A stretch of 64,000 bases of DNA from a virus, in the IMG/VR virus record IMGVR_UViG_3300045988_136739. One strand, written 5' to 3'. The notes beneath the pieces are model-generated. The model saw only the letters and a program-made list of their open reading frames with translations, was not told the origin of the DNA and searched no databases. Below, piece by piece: positions 9,704 to 19,314 of the stretch. Made by a program: the position numbers and the translations under genes. Each line of letters begins with the position of its first letter. Within the stretch, counting starts at the first letter, position 1.

Positions 9704-10045
9704 TCACCTTTTATCAATTTCCATATAGATGTAATCAGAACGCTCAATGTCTTTATCGTAAAAATCTAAAGCCAAACACCTAATATTGCCACCAACAGAA
9801 ACAGGTTGGTTTACATATACACGGAAACCGTTATAATCAGGGACTCTATAAGTAGTGTTGTAAGTATCGCCATTATACCCAAGCCGACCGTTTTGATTTT
9901 CCATCTCTGTGAAATCAAAAGCATCCTTTACTCCGCCAGTAATCTTAGTCGGGTCAAAATCAATATGATTTGCCGTAATTACACCTAAGATATTATTACG
10001 AACGTCTTGCGGGATATCGTCAAAACTCATAAAACCTTTAGACAT
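9704..10045 (-). CDS. hypothetical protein
   Basis: ORF. Confidence 0.45.
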   Translation of the reverse strand: MSKGFMSFDDIPQDVRNNILGVITANHIDFDPTKITGGVKDAFDFTEMENQNGRLGYNGDTYNTTYRVPDYNGFRVYVNQPVSVGGNIRCLALDFYDKDIERSDYIYMEIDKR

Positions 10046-10054
10046 ACATACTCC

Positions 10055-10489
10055 TTAAATTTCACCAAGCAGAACTCTCGGCCTACCTCTGCTCCAATCT
10101 CCAGACAGAAAACGTACTTCATTGTACTCACCAGTATAGTTTTCGTGGAATATAAAAGATATATCTCCACGATGTCTTTCATTGACAAATGTAAGCGCAA
10201 TATCTTTGTCCGTCTTATAAGGCAGTCTCATATACTCTTCGTTGTTGTACGGATGATAACATTCTGCGGCAATCGCAATGTCTTCTTCGTCTGCATCCAC
10301 CTGACGAAAAGCAATAACAGTCGCCACGTTATCGTTTGCGTTTACATTGTCGGTCTGTGTCCAAGGACGACACCTAAGTAACCCAAGCTCATTAAGTATA
10401 CTCATATATTTAACAGCCGTCTGATACATATTGTTATTCTTGAGATACTCAATATCAGACATATCTGCCAATCTTGCGTAAAGTTTCAT
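10055..10489 (-). CDS. hypothetical protein
   Basis: ORF. Confidence 0.45.
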   Translation of the reverse strand: MKLYARLADMSDIEYLKNNNMYQTAVKYMSILNELGLLRCRPWTQTDNVNANDNVATVIAFRQVDADEEDIAIAAECYHPYNNEEYMRLPYKTDKDIALTFVNERHRGDISFIFHENYTGEYNEVRFLSGDWSRGRPRVLLGEI

Positions 10490-10905
10490 TCAAATTTCTC
10501 CGTATCAAGCGTAATGCCATATCTAATAGCATTGACAACACTTGTAAATAAATCTAAAGAGAAGTAAACGTCTTTCTCTTTATCAACAAATACAATTTCG
10601 ATGTAGTTCCTATACCGAGATAAATAACACAGCATATCCCCATTGCTAGGGAGTCTACCATTGCAATGCGACAGCGCTCTGCAATAATTGTTATAGCCGT
10701 ACACTTCTGGATAAGAGATTCGCTCATCAAAAGTTAGTGCCATAAAGTAACGGTCACAACTGTTAATATCCTCCAAGTTATTCATGACCATAAAATTGAT
10801 AATATCGAGTGCATTTTTGATATACGGCTTTGCTTCAGATTTTTGTAGGACATCTAAAGTTTCGCTGTAAATTAACTCAACAACCATCGTATTCCCTCGT
10901 GTCAA
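10486..10905 (-). CDS. hypothetical protein
   Basis: ORF. Confidence 0.45.
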   Translation of the reverse strand: MTRGNTMVVELIYSETLDVLQKSEAKPYIKNALDIINFMVMNNLEDINSCDRYFMALTFDERISYPEVYGYNNYCRALSHCNGRLPSNGDMLCYLSRYRNYIEIVFVDKEKDVYFSLDLFTSVVNAIRYGITLDTEKFE

Positions 10906-11293
10906 TTTCTACCAAGTCAGTCTCTAATGCAGAAAACTGAGCGCCGAAGTTAAAAGAGTTAAAAATGTTGCTGGTCTTATTGATAAATACGAATTGCATA
11001 GGAATCTTGTTCGGCGCAAAAATGCCGTAACAATCCCAAGCCGGTCTTGTAGGAAGTTTACGGCCTATTGCCATACTATAGGAATAAAAGTAGACACCAT
11101 TGTTCATGTAGCAGTCTGGCAAATCAATATGATAATCTAAGTTAATATACATTGTGATATGATTGTCAGGAAACTCAGCAAGGCCGTTGTCCTCGATGAA
11201 GTTGAACCACTTGCATACCTCCAACAGGTTATTTTTTACCAAGTCAATCTTTAACTTAGATTTGCGGTCTGCCTTTTTGATAGTAAGTATCAT
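10877..11293 (-). CDS. hypothetical protein
   Basis: ORF (start possibly downstream of the 10905 overlap). Confidence 0.4.
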   Translation of the reverse strand: MILTIKKADRKSKLKIDLVKNNLLEVCKWFNFIEDNGLAEFPDNHITMYINLDYHIDLPDCYMNNGVYFYSYSMAIGRKLPTRPAWDCYGIFAPNKIPMQFVFINKTSNIFNSFNFGAQFSALETDLVEIDTREYDGC

Positions 11294-11574
11294 AAGTCCT
11301 TGACAATCCTTTCAGATTTTGCTAAACTAGGATTTGCGTGAACTGTAAACGTATAAACAGGTTCAACATATTCATCTGCGCCAAATCCCCGTATTCTACC
11401 GTTTGTCATACACACAGTCTGCATAACGTCATAATCCTCAGATTCGATTGGATATAAGTCGGTCAGCATGTAGATATCGCCTCTTGCCTGAAAAGAAAAC
11501 CCATGCTTCTGGTTGCCAAGTCTTACCATATCCACAGGTCTAGTCACAGTATTTTCCATATCTTGTACCTCCAT
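11290..11574 (-). CDS. hypothetical protein, first gene of leftward operon
   Basis: ORF directly downstream of minus-strand promoter. Confidence 0.45.
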   Translation of the reverse strand: MEVQDMENTVTRPVDMVRLGNQKHGFSFQARGDIYMLTDLYPIESEDYDVMQTVCMTNGRIRGFGADEYVEPVYTFTVHANPSLAKSERIVKDL

Positions 11575-11589
11575 CGCTTTTGTGACCCT

Positions 11590-11618
11590 ATTATATCAAA
11601 TAAATCACGGTTTGTCAA
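11590..11618 (-). promoter_or_regulatory. leftward sigma-A-like promoter TTGACA-17-TATAAT
   Basis: reverse complement reads cccTTGACAaaccgtgatttatttgaTATAAT. Confidence 0.7.
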
Positions 11619-11667
11619 GGGAATCTAAAGGAAAATTCTTAACTTTTTATGAACTGGGCTAGAACCC

Positions 11668-11696
11668 TTGACGGCTCAACTTGAATGTGCTAGAAT
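11668..11696 (+). promoter_or_regulatory. rightward promoter TTGACG-17-TAGAAT (TG-extended), divergent from the 11590 promoter
   Basis: sequence inspection; transcribes about 300 nt with no convincing ORF. Confidence 0.5.
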
Positions 11697-12012
11697 GACA
11701 ATAAAACAGGGGGCTTTGAGGGTGCTTAGGGAAATTTTCCCTAAGATATATAATAGTAGTAATCTAAAATAAATAATAATTATTCTTATTTAGATTTTAC
11801 AGAGATGGGTCGTGGTAAGATTTGGTAAGAATCTTGGCAGGACAGGCGGCTAGAAGCGTCTGTGGGTGACTTTCGGACATAAATGGAGTAACTTGTTTAC
11901 TGAAACAAAGACCTCTTACAGACGTTCCTACAAGACTATAAATGTAATATATATTATATCTTCGGCAACTTTTACCTAAGTAAAATCCACATAAAAAATT
12001 TTTCAAAACCAC

Positions 12013-12042
12013 TTGACAAACAGTGTAGTAGTATGGTATAAT
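12013..12042 (+). promoter_or_regulatory. AAAACCACTTGACA-N17/18-TATAAT class promoter
   Basis: member of conserved promoter family (see finding). Confidence 0.65.
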
Positions 12043-12142
12043 AAAAAAGAGAATATTCAAGATGAATTTCTTTTAGAGTTTGCATAACAAACTCAGGAAA
12101 AACTATCATAGATAATTCTTTTAGATTAAGGAGAGAGATATA

Positions 12143-12502
12143 TTGGCTGATTCAGGGTATATAGAATATGCGCAACTGCATCCTAGACAGTATGAATTTG
12201 TTACAACGTGCACGTTTGGACAGGCAAAAGAAGCGCTTAATGACCCATATTGCCCAGATTGGGCAAGGGATTTGCTTAAACAACGATTTGCTTCTGCACT
12301 TGCGATTCAGAAAAAAGAGGACGAAAAGAAAAAGACAGAAAAATTAAAATTTCTTCAGGAGCATCCAAATGCAGATACATGTGTCACGAATATCGCATTG
12401 GCACTTTATAATGAGAATAGCAAGAAGATGGCATGTGACAAACTTCCGCTTGAAAAATGTTTTAAATATGCCTTTGAAATTTATGAAAGGAATTTTGTAT
12501 GA
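12143..12502 (+). CDS. hypothetical protein
   Basis: ORF with AAGGAGAGAG RBS. Confidence 0.55.
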   Translation: MADSGYIEYAQLHPRQYEFVTTCTFGQAKEALNDPYCPDWARDLLKQRFASALAIQKKEDEKKKTEKLKFLQEHPNADTCVTNIALALYNENSKKMACDKLPLEKCFKYAFEIYERNFV

Positions 12503-12687
12503 ATATCAATTTATGTAGAAACGAGTATGTTGAATTGTTAAATACTATTGCCGGTGGTCTTGCTCATAATCCAGAATTTATTAAAGCCACAATTCAATAT
12601 AGGGGATATAGCATGATTGGTGAAGAAATAGCAAAAAAGACTAAAAATGCTATTAACGGGATTGTTAATGAAGATTATAATTTTTAA
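12499..12687 (+). CDS. hypothetical small protein
   Basis: ATGA start/stop overlap with upstream gene. Confidence 0.45.
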   Translation: MNINLCRNEYVELLNTIAGGLAHNPEFIKATIQYRGYSMIGEEIAKKTKNAINGIVNEDYNF

Positions 12688-12740
12688 TAAAATCAATCTT
12701 TCATTAAAAATAAGGAGTGTAGCTTCTGACAACGAAAACA

Positions 12741-13220
12741 GTGGCAAATCAGCGAATTATTGATTACGCTGATTATAATTACGAAAGATTCCCAGTTGAA
12801 TTAGTTCGTCATTTAGAGCCATGTGAAATTCAATTCTATATGTATTTGTGGAGCATGAGAACAAGAAATATTACAAAACTTGTCCTCTTTTCCGCACACG
12901 TCATGGAAGACACTGGTATGTCTTACAAGACATATAATAAAGCATTTCACAATTTGGTTAGAAACGGCTTTCTGGTTCTTGATGAGATAAATACATATAC
13001 ATTCTGTCCTGACAGATATAAAGTGTCTGATGATGAACTGTTAAAGTTAATCTACGAATACATATTTAAGAATTATCCAGAGAGTAAACGTAAAAAAATT
13101 GATATTGGATTATTCGTAAGATATGAGGACGAACTGGATATTTTTCCAGAATCACATGTTGACGAGAATACTGATTATTTAGTAAATTTTGGTGGACAAG
13201 ATGAAGATTTACCATTTTAA
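12741..13220 (+). CDS. hypothetical protein (possible winged-helix DNA-binding protein); start uncertain
   Basis: GTG start; AAGGAG RBS is 22 nt upstream, so true start unclear. Confidence 0.4.
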   Translation: MANQRIIDYADYNYERFPVELVRHLEPCEIQFYMYLWSMRTRNITKLVLFSAHVMEDTGMSYKTYNKAFHNLVRNGFLVLDEINTYTFCPDRYKVSDDELLKLIYEYIFKNYPESKRKKIDIGLFVRYEDELDIFPESHVDENTDYLVNFGGQDEDLPF

Positions 13221-13629
13221 TGGAGAAGTTGAGATGTACGAGATTAACCATGATTTAAAAGAAGTAATTGTAGACACCACAAAAGTCCCTATTGGCAGTA
13301 TGGAAGATAGGATTATCAAGGGACTCATGAATCGTGGCTATACTATTAGAGAGCGTAGTAAGTGTACTGCTCTTGTTCCGGTTGATGATGCTCAAAAGTC
13401 TCAGATGTATAAAAAGTTTGAGGTGTTGTATCAGATGCGGAAAACTGAAACGGGAGAATTTGGTAAGGAGAAATATGTCGCCAGACTCTTTGCGAAGTGT
13501 GCTGACGATGTGTGGAACTCTATGGAGTCATCGTTTGTAAAAATTGTTGCTGTATATGGAGTTAGTAAAACACGTTCTGATTATCTAAAGAAGCATAATA
13601 AGAAATTTCATGCGATTGGGGTGAATTGA
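13201..13629 (+). CDS. hypothetical protein
   Basis: ATG 13201 after GGTGGA. Confidence 0.5.
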   Translation: MKIYHFNGEVEMYEINHDLKEVIVDTTKVPIGSMEDRIIKGLMNRGYTIRERSKCTALVPVDDAQKSQMYKKFEVLYQMRKTETGEFGKEKYVARLFAKCADDVWNSMESSFVKIVAVYGVSKTRSDYLKKHNKKFHAIGVN

Positions 13630-13838
13630 GGATGTACTATTATGATGTATCGTACCGTCTGGAAGATGGAAAACTGAGATGTATGTATGTTATCAGTTGT
13701 AACGAATATAAAAACGGTGTTCCTCCTTTTGTCTACGAGAAACAATACCCTGAATCATGGAAAGATGTTCATGCTTGTTTGGCGAGTGAAAGCAGGGTGA
13801 ACTTTATTAAGTGGAGACAAGGAAGGATGTATCGTTAA
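13626..13838 (+). CDS. hypothetical small Cys-containing protein
   Basis: ORF overlapping upstream stop. Confidence 0.4.
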   Translation: MRMYYYDVSYRLEDGKLRCMYVISCNEYKNGVPPFVYEKQYPESWKDVHACLASESRVNFIKWRQGRMYR

Positions 13839-14166
13839 TTTGTTGCGATTGTTGGAAAAAGGATTGTAAAAATCGCAACCATAGTTTTGCGTATATCGAC
13901 AGTAGCATACTGGATGTGATAGTGTAGCTGAATCTAAAAGGATATACGACAAAATTCTGTTGTGGCGGTCATGTGTCAAATGCAGATAATTCATTCATGC
14001 CGCCATCAATATACATAATGTTTGAGGAGAATGTGAGGCTACCCAGTATTCCTAAAGGTTTCGTGTATCTAAATTATTATAATTAGATACAAGCGACTTG
14101 TCTATTTTTTGGAAATATACTTGATGAACAACGGTGGCTTGAAAGAAAAAGGGAGAACCTAAAAGA

Positions 14167-14535
14167 ATGGATTACGAGTCTTTGATTTGTGATTTTGCTG
14201 GTTTGTGCAAAAGAAAAGATTTTGAAAAGGCTGCGTTCTTCTGTGATGCGCTTGATACGTTTTATGATATAGCGAAGTCTAAATATAAAGATGATGCGGA
14301 AGAACATTTTAGACATTTGTTATCTGGCGCAGAGGTGTACTATGATTCTGGCATTGATTTTGCAAAACTGCGAAAGAATTTACGCGGTGTTTTGGATGCT
14401 ACATCAATGATTATAGTCGAAGATGAGTATGTGTTATACGATGACACACAAGGTAAGCGAGTATATATCGACAGAAGAAGTTTTAATAATGATACAATTT
14501 ATTCTATTTTTGAGAGGACTAAGGGTGAATTTTGA
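14167..14535 (+). CDS. hypothetical protein
   Basis: ORF. Confidence 0.5.
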   Translation: MDYESLICDFAGLCKRKDFEKAAFFCDALDTFYDIAKSKYKDDAEEHFRHLLSGAEVYYDSGIDFAKLRKNLRGVLDATSMIIVEDEYVLYDDTQGKRVYIDRRSFNNDTIYSIFERTKGEF

Positions 14536-14541
14536 GTAATT

Positions 14542-14922
14542 ATGATTAAGTCTAAGCGCAGTGGAGATATTCTTGATACAGATATGCCTATTATTGCCGT
14601 ATCTGTTACGACTACAGGGGAAGACATTCCTAAGATTTTAAGAGCATATAAGGAATGTCTTTCTGAATATAAGTCTATATTAAAGAAATCATCTACTGAA
14701 AAAAGTCTTGTGGGTCGATGTATCCCTATTTTCAATAGAGACGAAAAGTGTTTCGCGCTGTTATTTGATAAGAACTGTGATGAATCCGCAAGCAGGGAAG
14801 CAATTGCACAGCTTGAATATTATAGCAATGTAACAAACTGTTCTGTTGCTTTTAGAGCTTGCGATTTTGACCCATTTTTGATAGAGGGGGTTTTAACTTG
14901 CGAAGTAGAGGAATGGATATAA
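14542..14922 (+). CDS. hypothetical protein
   Basis: ORF. Confidence 0.5.
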   Translation: MIKSKRSGDILDTDMPIIAVSVTTTGEDIPKILRAYKECLSEYKSILKKSSTEKSLVGRCIPIFNRDEKCFALLFDKNCDESASREAIAQLEYYSNVTNCSVAFRACDFDPFLIEGVLTCEVEEWI

Positions 14923-15101
14923 AACCAAGATGCTTTAGGTGCGGGAAGGAAGCTGAAGAGTTTTCAGCTGTGAGCATCAGATGGAATACGTATAAAGGTT
15001 CTGGTAGTTGTTTCGCGGCTTTATGTAATAACTGTATTGATGATATTGAACCGCAAGTTAAAGTATTTACAGAAGATATTACAAAGGACGTGAATAAGTA
15101 A
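14913..15101 (+). CDS. small zinc-ribbon protein (CFRCG...CNNC)
   Basis: ATG 14913 with AGAGGA RBS. Confidence 0.5.
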   Translation: MDIKPRCFRCGKEAEEFSAVSIRWNTYKGSGSCFAALCNNCIDDIEPQVKVFTEDITKDVNK

Positions 15102-15370
15102 TGATTCAGATTAACAAACAGTATGCAATAAATCCATCGAAGTGGTCTTATGACCTTGTTCATTTTACTACTGATAAAGCTGGTAAGTAGGTAGCAGAAA
15201 CGCTTGGCTACTACCACGATTTTAATGCGGCGTTAAAAGGTTACATCAAAATCAGAGCTAGGCGTAAGCTATCACAGAAAGATATGTCGGTAGTGGAAGC
15301 AATTAAGGAAATTGAATCCATCCGTGATGAGGTGAAATCCATCTTGGGTGGAGGTGAATCCGATGGTTGA
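15101..15370 (+). CDS. hypothetical protein interrupted by in-frame TAG at 15188-15190
   Basis: continuous frame of 89 codons apart from one TAG; 3' end overlaps next gene start in ATGGTTGA arrangement. Confidence 0.4.
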
Positions 15371-15701
15371 TAGTATAATAGAGTTTGCCAATATTCATCC
15401 GTGGTTAACGGCAATGCCGTTTATAGTAATGGCTGTTGCCTATCTATTTATGTTAAATAATCGTGATACGTTGAGATGCAGAATACTTGCGCTTGATGCA
15501 ATTCGTGATTATAATATAGATGGGTATGTTTTGGACGGAAGAGATAAATGGAAACGGTTAAACTATGAAAAAGTAATGCAACCGTATTCTTATACTTGGT
15601 TTGCATTTGTTAAAAACGCAGAAGCGGTGATAAGACCGCAGTATTTAGATGTACTTGGAATTTATTTTGAAAATGCAAAAAAGTTTAGGAGATTTGATTG
15701 A
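15363..15701 (+). CDS. hypothetical membrane protein
   Basis: hydrophobic N-terminus; coupled start. Confidence 0.5.
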   Translation: MVDSIIEFANIHPWLTAMPFIVMAVAYLFMLNNRDTLRCRILALDAIRDYNIDGYVLDGRDKWKRLNYEKVMQPYSYTWFAFVKNAEAVIRPQYLDVLGIYFENAKKFRRFD

Positions 15702-17029
15702 TGTTCGACATCGACATTGAATATATTAAATGTACTTTGTTTTGTTCTAATCTTAGAATGCAAAGTAAGAAAGCTCTCAAAGAGTGGGTATTGAATAATT
15801 TCAGAAGTAAGGAGACAGATGAACTTCTGAAATTTTTGCTAGACAAAAACGTAACAACTGGTATATCTAGCGCAAGATTAAGCAAACATTTAGCAAAGGA
15901 ATTAGACCCTCATATTAACATGACGTTGCTAGATGTGTGTAAATATATTATGGACAACCCGGCGAATGATGATACGCTTTGGGTGGTTCAGTCATACGTG
16001 GAAAAGGTAAGACTTGCTTTTGAGGACAGACCAACCTTTAACAATGAAATTGCGTTTATACATGACGTGTTCACCAAACAACTGCGACTTGGCGTTGACG
16101 CAAAAACTGTCAATAGCGTGTATAGATGCAAGTTAATTCCAGTATTCGATGTCCAACTTGCAAAATCTATTGATAATGTTAAGATTCCACATGGCGAGTG
16201 GTTCTCTGTTAGTCAGAAAATTAACGGGAACAGATGTATTTGTTATCGTGGAAAAATGTATAGCAGACAGGGTAAGTTGTGGACTGGACTAGACCACATT
16301 ATGTCAGATTTAAAGAAATTGGAAGTAGAACTTCCGGTTTGGTGTCTTGATGGTGAACTTGTATATAAAAATAAGGAAGGATTGTCGGATAACGATGCTT
16401 TTACGAAAGGCACTGGTATTTTGAACAGTCCAGACTCTGATAAGTCTTGTATCAAGTATGTTATTTTCGACTGGATTTCTAACAGAGATTTTGATAATGG
16501 TATTTCTCAGGATTCGTACAAAGCTCGTAAAGATTTGTTGATTGAATTGTCTTACGACATTCATCGTCTCGGTATTGAAAATGTTGAGGTTGTAAGATTT
16601 TTCTATGAAGGTACTGATGAAACAAAGATTGATTATTGGCTCGACCGCGCCACGAAAGCTGGTATGGAAGGTGTAATGGTAAATTATGATGTGCCGTATC
16701 AGTGCAAGCGCCATTCTGGTATTCTGAAAGCAAAGCGATTCTATACAATAGACTTGCCAATTATTGGTTTTGATGCTGGTGATGGTAGACTTTCTAATAC
16801 GCTTGGTAAAATTTGGGTGATGTTCGACAATAATGCAGTTGGCGTTGGAAGCGGGCTTAGTGACGAACTTAGGGCTGAAATATGGTCAAATAAGAGGGAA
16901 TATTTCGGCAAAATTATTGAGGTGAAATATAAAAGTATATCTAAAGATAAGAACACTGGGTTACGTAGTTTGCAATTCCCTGTCTTTGTTAGATTTCGAG
17001 ATGATAAGAATGAACCCAGTTATGACTAA
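15698..17029 (+). CDS. ATP-dependent DNA ligase (motif I variant KINGNR)
   Basis: motifs KINGNR, LDGELV, EGVMVN, ILKAKR and C-terminal OB-domain end LQFPVFVRFRDDK. Confidence 0.8.
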   Translation: MMFDIDIEYIKCTLFCSNLRMQSKKALKEWVLNNFRSKETDELLKFLLDKNVTTGISSARLSKHLAKELDPHINMTLLDVCKYIMDNPANDDTLWVVQSYVEKVRLAFEDRPTFNNEIAFIHDVFTKQLRLGVDAKTVNSVYRCKLIPVFDVQLAKSIDNVKIPHGEWFSVSQKINGNRCICYRGKMYSRQGKLWTGLDHIMSDLKKLEVELPVWCLDGELVYKNKEGLSDNDAFTKGTGILNSPDSDKSCIKYVIFDWISNRDFDNGISQDSYKARKDLLIELSYDIHRLGIENVEVVRFFYEGTDETKIDYWLDRATKAGMEGVMVNYDVPYQCKRHSGILKAKRFYTIDLPIIGFDAGDGRLSNTLGKIWVMFDNNAVGVGSGLSDELRAEIWSNKREYFGKIIEVKYKSISKDKNTGLRSLQFPVFVRFRDDKNEPSYD

Positions 17030-17039
17030 GGAGATTGAG

Positions 17040-17556
17040 TATGTCTGATAAACTTGTTATTATTGATATGCAGAACGACTTTCATCCTAGCGACGAAGTG
17101 ATTAAGCGCGTGGTAGAAAAGATTGAAAAATATAAATCTAATAAGTGTAAGATTTATATGACAATGGATACCCATAGCGCAGATAGTTATGACACATTGC
17201 CTGAATCTAAGAAATACCCAATCCATTGTGTTATTGGGACTGACGGTCATGCGCTTGTAGATGATGTTGGAAAAGCGCTTGCACTCTATCGGCACGATTG
17301 CACTATTTGTTACAAAAATTCTTTTGGTTCTACAGAGCTTGTAAACGCATTGCTTCATGATTGTGTTCCGGGAGACAGAATTGAGATTTGTGGCGTTTGT
17401 GCTGACATCTGTGTTGTTTCAAATGCTCTTATGATTCGTTCAGCACTTTACAAGAATGAAGTGTTTGTGGATTCTTCGGCAACAGAAGGTACGACTGTTG
17501 ATGCGGCCAATGCAGCATTTACGGTTATGAGAAATTGTAACATTATTGTAAACTAA
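17040..17556 (+). CDS. pncA: nicotinamidase / isochorismatase-family cysteine hydrolase (PncA-like)
   Basis: LVIIDMQNDF, DTHSADSYD...PIHCVIGTDG metal site, EICGVCADICV catalytic Cys, closely paralleling PncA. Confidence 0.75.
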
Positions 17557-17595
17557 TTCGTGGGCGCATTGCGCCCATTTATTTTTGAAAACAGC

Positions 17596-17624
17596 TTGAC
17601 AAATCTCTGATTTTTTGGTATAAT
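17596..17624 (+). promoter_or_regulatory. promoter TTGACA-17-TATAAT (TG-extended)
   Basis: consensus; preceded by terminator tgggcgcattgcgccca at 17561. Confidence 0.6.
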
Positions 17625-17665
17625 ATTGGTGTAAAAGACACATATAAAGGAGTTGAAGATACTAT

Positions 17666-17781
17666 ATGTGCGTTATTACAAAGACTTTTGAGGTAGTCCT
17701 TATGACTGCTGGTGTTATGATGTTTCTTATGGCTGGATATAGAGTTGTAACCTATATCCGTAAGAATAAGAAGGAGAAGTA
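17666..17781 (+). CDS. small membrane protein (38 aa)
   Basis: ATG with AAGGAG RBS; hydrophobic. Confidence 0.4.
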
Positions 17782-17784
17782 ATT

Positions 17785-18483
17785 ATGTCGGTATACGTAA
17801 CAGGAGATACTCATTCGTATATTGATATTGACAAGATTACTCCAAGTCATTGGCTTGAATCTAATAATCTAACAGAAAAAGATACGCTTATCATCTGTGG
17901 TGACTTTGGCTTTGTGTGGGATGATGGATTTAGTGATAGGTGGTGGCAACAGTGGTTCTTGCGTAGGCCATATATTACTTGTTTTTGTGCCGGAAATCAC
18001 GAATGTCACCCGATGATTGAAAAATATCCTTTGGTTGATTTTCATGGTGACAAAGCACACAAAATTAACGACCATATTTATTGCTTTGTGCAAGGTGGTA
18101 TGTATGATTTTGACGGAAAGAAAATTTTTAGTTTTGGAAAAGCGCAAAGTCATGACAAGTGGTATAGAAAAGAAGGCGTTGACTGGTGGCGTGAGGAAAT
18201 GCCATCAGATGCAGAATATCAGTATGGAATTGATACATTAGAAAAATATAATTATAAATGTGATTATATAATTAGTCATTGCGCTCCAGATTCCGTTATG
18301 GATGCTATCGGCAATGGCGAATATAAACATGATAAGTTGACAAATTTTTTGCAAAAAGTTGTTGCTGAAGATGTTAAATTTGACCATTGGTACTTTGGTC
18401 ATTATCACATGGATTGTGATGTTGATGTAAAAGATGGAAACAAATATACTTGCGTATATCAAAATATTTACAAGGTGGTGTAA
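17785..18483 (+). CDS. calcineurin-like metallophosphoesterase
   Basis: GDTH, GDFGF, GNHE motifs. Confidence 0.7.
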   Translation: MSVYVTGDTHSYIDIDKITPSHWLESNNLTEKDTLIICGDFGFVWDDGFSDRWWQQWFLRRPYITCFCAGNHECHPMIEKYPLVDFHGDKAHKINDHIYCFVQGGMYDFDGKKIFSFGKAQSHDKWYRKEGVDWWREEMPSDAEYQYGIDTLEKYNYKCDYIISHCAPDSVMDAIGNGEYKHDKLTNFLQKVVAEDVKFDHWYFGHYHMDCDVDVKDGNKYTCVYQNIYKVV

Positions 18484-18485
18484 TA

Positions 18486-18920
18486 ATGAAGGACATTAAC
18501 AAATTTCAGGATGATTGGTTCTTGGCAAAGAAGTCTCAGAATAAGCGAGTAGCTGATACACTCGGTTTTTTGTATGCGGCTATGCAAAATAAGAGAATTG
18601 AGCTTGGTAGAATGTTGACTACAGACGAAATGATTTCTGTAGTAAAAAAGCAGATTAAGCAGATTAACGAAACGCTAGAGTTCGCAATCAAGGGTGATAG
18701 GGTAGAAACTGCTGAAAAGTGTCGTGACGAATTGGCAATTTTGTCCGATTATTTGCCTGAAGAGTTGTCTTATGATGACATTATGGCGCGTGTTTCGGTA
18801 CTTGTCGATTCTAGCATGAATAAGGGACAGGCAATGAAAATTGCTATGGGTGCTTTGCGTTCTATGGCAGATGGTAAGTTGATTGCAAAAGCGGTAAGCG
18901 AGGTGCTTGCTGGTGTCTAA
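18486..18920 (+). CDS. GatB/YqeY-domain protein
   Basis: pattern of YqeY family helices (LGFLYAAMQNKRIELGR...). Confidence 0.5.
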   Translation: MKDINKFQDDWFLAKKSQNKRVADTLGFLYAAMQNKRIELGRMLTTDEMISVVKKQIKQINETLEFAIKGDRVETAEKCRDELAILSDYLPEELSYDDIMARVSVLVDSSMNKGQAMKIAMGALRSMADGKLIAKAVSEVLAGV

Positions 18921-19119
18921 AAAGACTACAACAAGTGGTGTTGGATTTTTAGGTGTATTGCAGATTGTCTTGATTGTGCTTAAAGCATTTGGTTTGATTG
19001 ATTGGCCTTGGTTACTTGTACTCTTTCCTTTGTGGATTGAGTTTGCATTTGTTGCAGTAGTCTTAGTGTTTTATCTTATCGTTTGTATAATTGTGGCAGT
19101 CATTAGCGAATTTTTGTGA
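18907..19119 (+). CDS. small membrane protein
   Basis: two hydrophobic helices. Confidence 0.45.
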   Translation: MLVSKKTTTSGVGFLGVLQIVLIVLKAFGLIDWPWLLVLFPLWIEFAFVAVVLVFYLIVCIIVAVISEFL

Positions 19120-19314
19120 ATGAAAGGAATTATTATGAGAATGGAATTTATCAGTATTGGTGATATTGTTCGTGACAATTCCTGTGCATATTCTTGCATC
19201 GACAAGGTTGTTGGTGTTAGATATAATAAGTATGGAACTTTTTACAAGATGTGTTCTAGTGGTTTGTATGTAGCAAGTGACAAGGTAGAGAAGGTGGTTT
19301 ACCCCGATGACTAA
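19120..19314 (+). CDS. hypothetical small protein
   Basis: ORF. Confidence 0.4.
   Translation: MKGIIMRMEFISIGDIVRDNSCAYSCIDKVVGVRYNKYGTFYKMCSSGLYVASDKVEKVVYPDD

Noticed and set aside
11797-12060. Minus-strand ORF in the divergent promoter region
   Set aside because: No RBS, overlaps the 12013 promoter, low-complexity; more likely non-coding leader or ncRNA region.
14535-14545. In-frame TGA between ORFs 14167..14535 and 14542..14922 as possible TGA recoding
   Set aside because: TGA is used as a normal terminal stop by about 25 genes in the window. A stop followed by an in-frame restart two codons later is common in compact phage operons.
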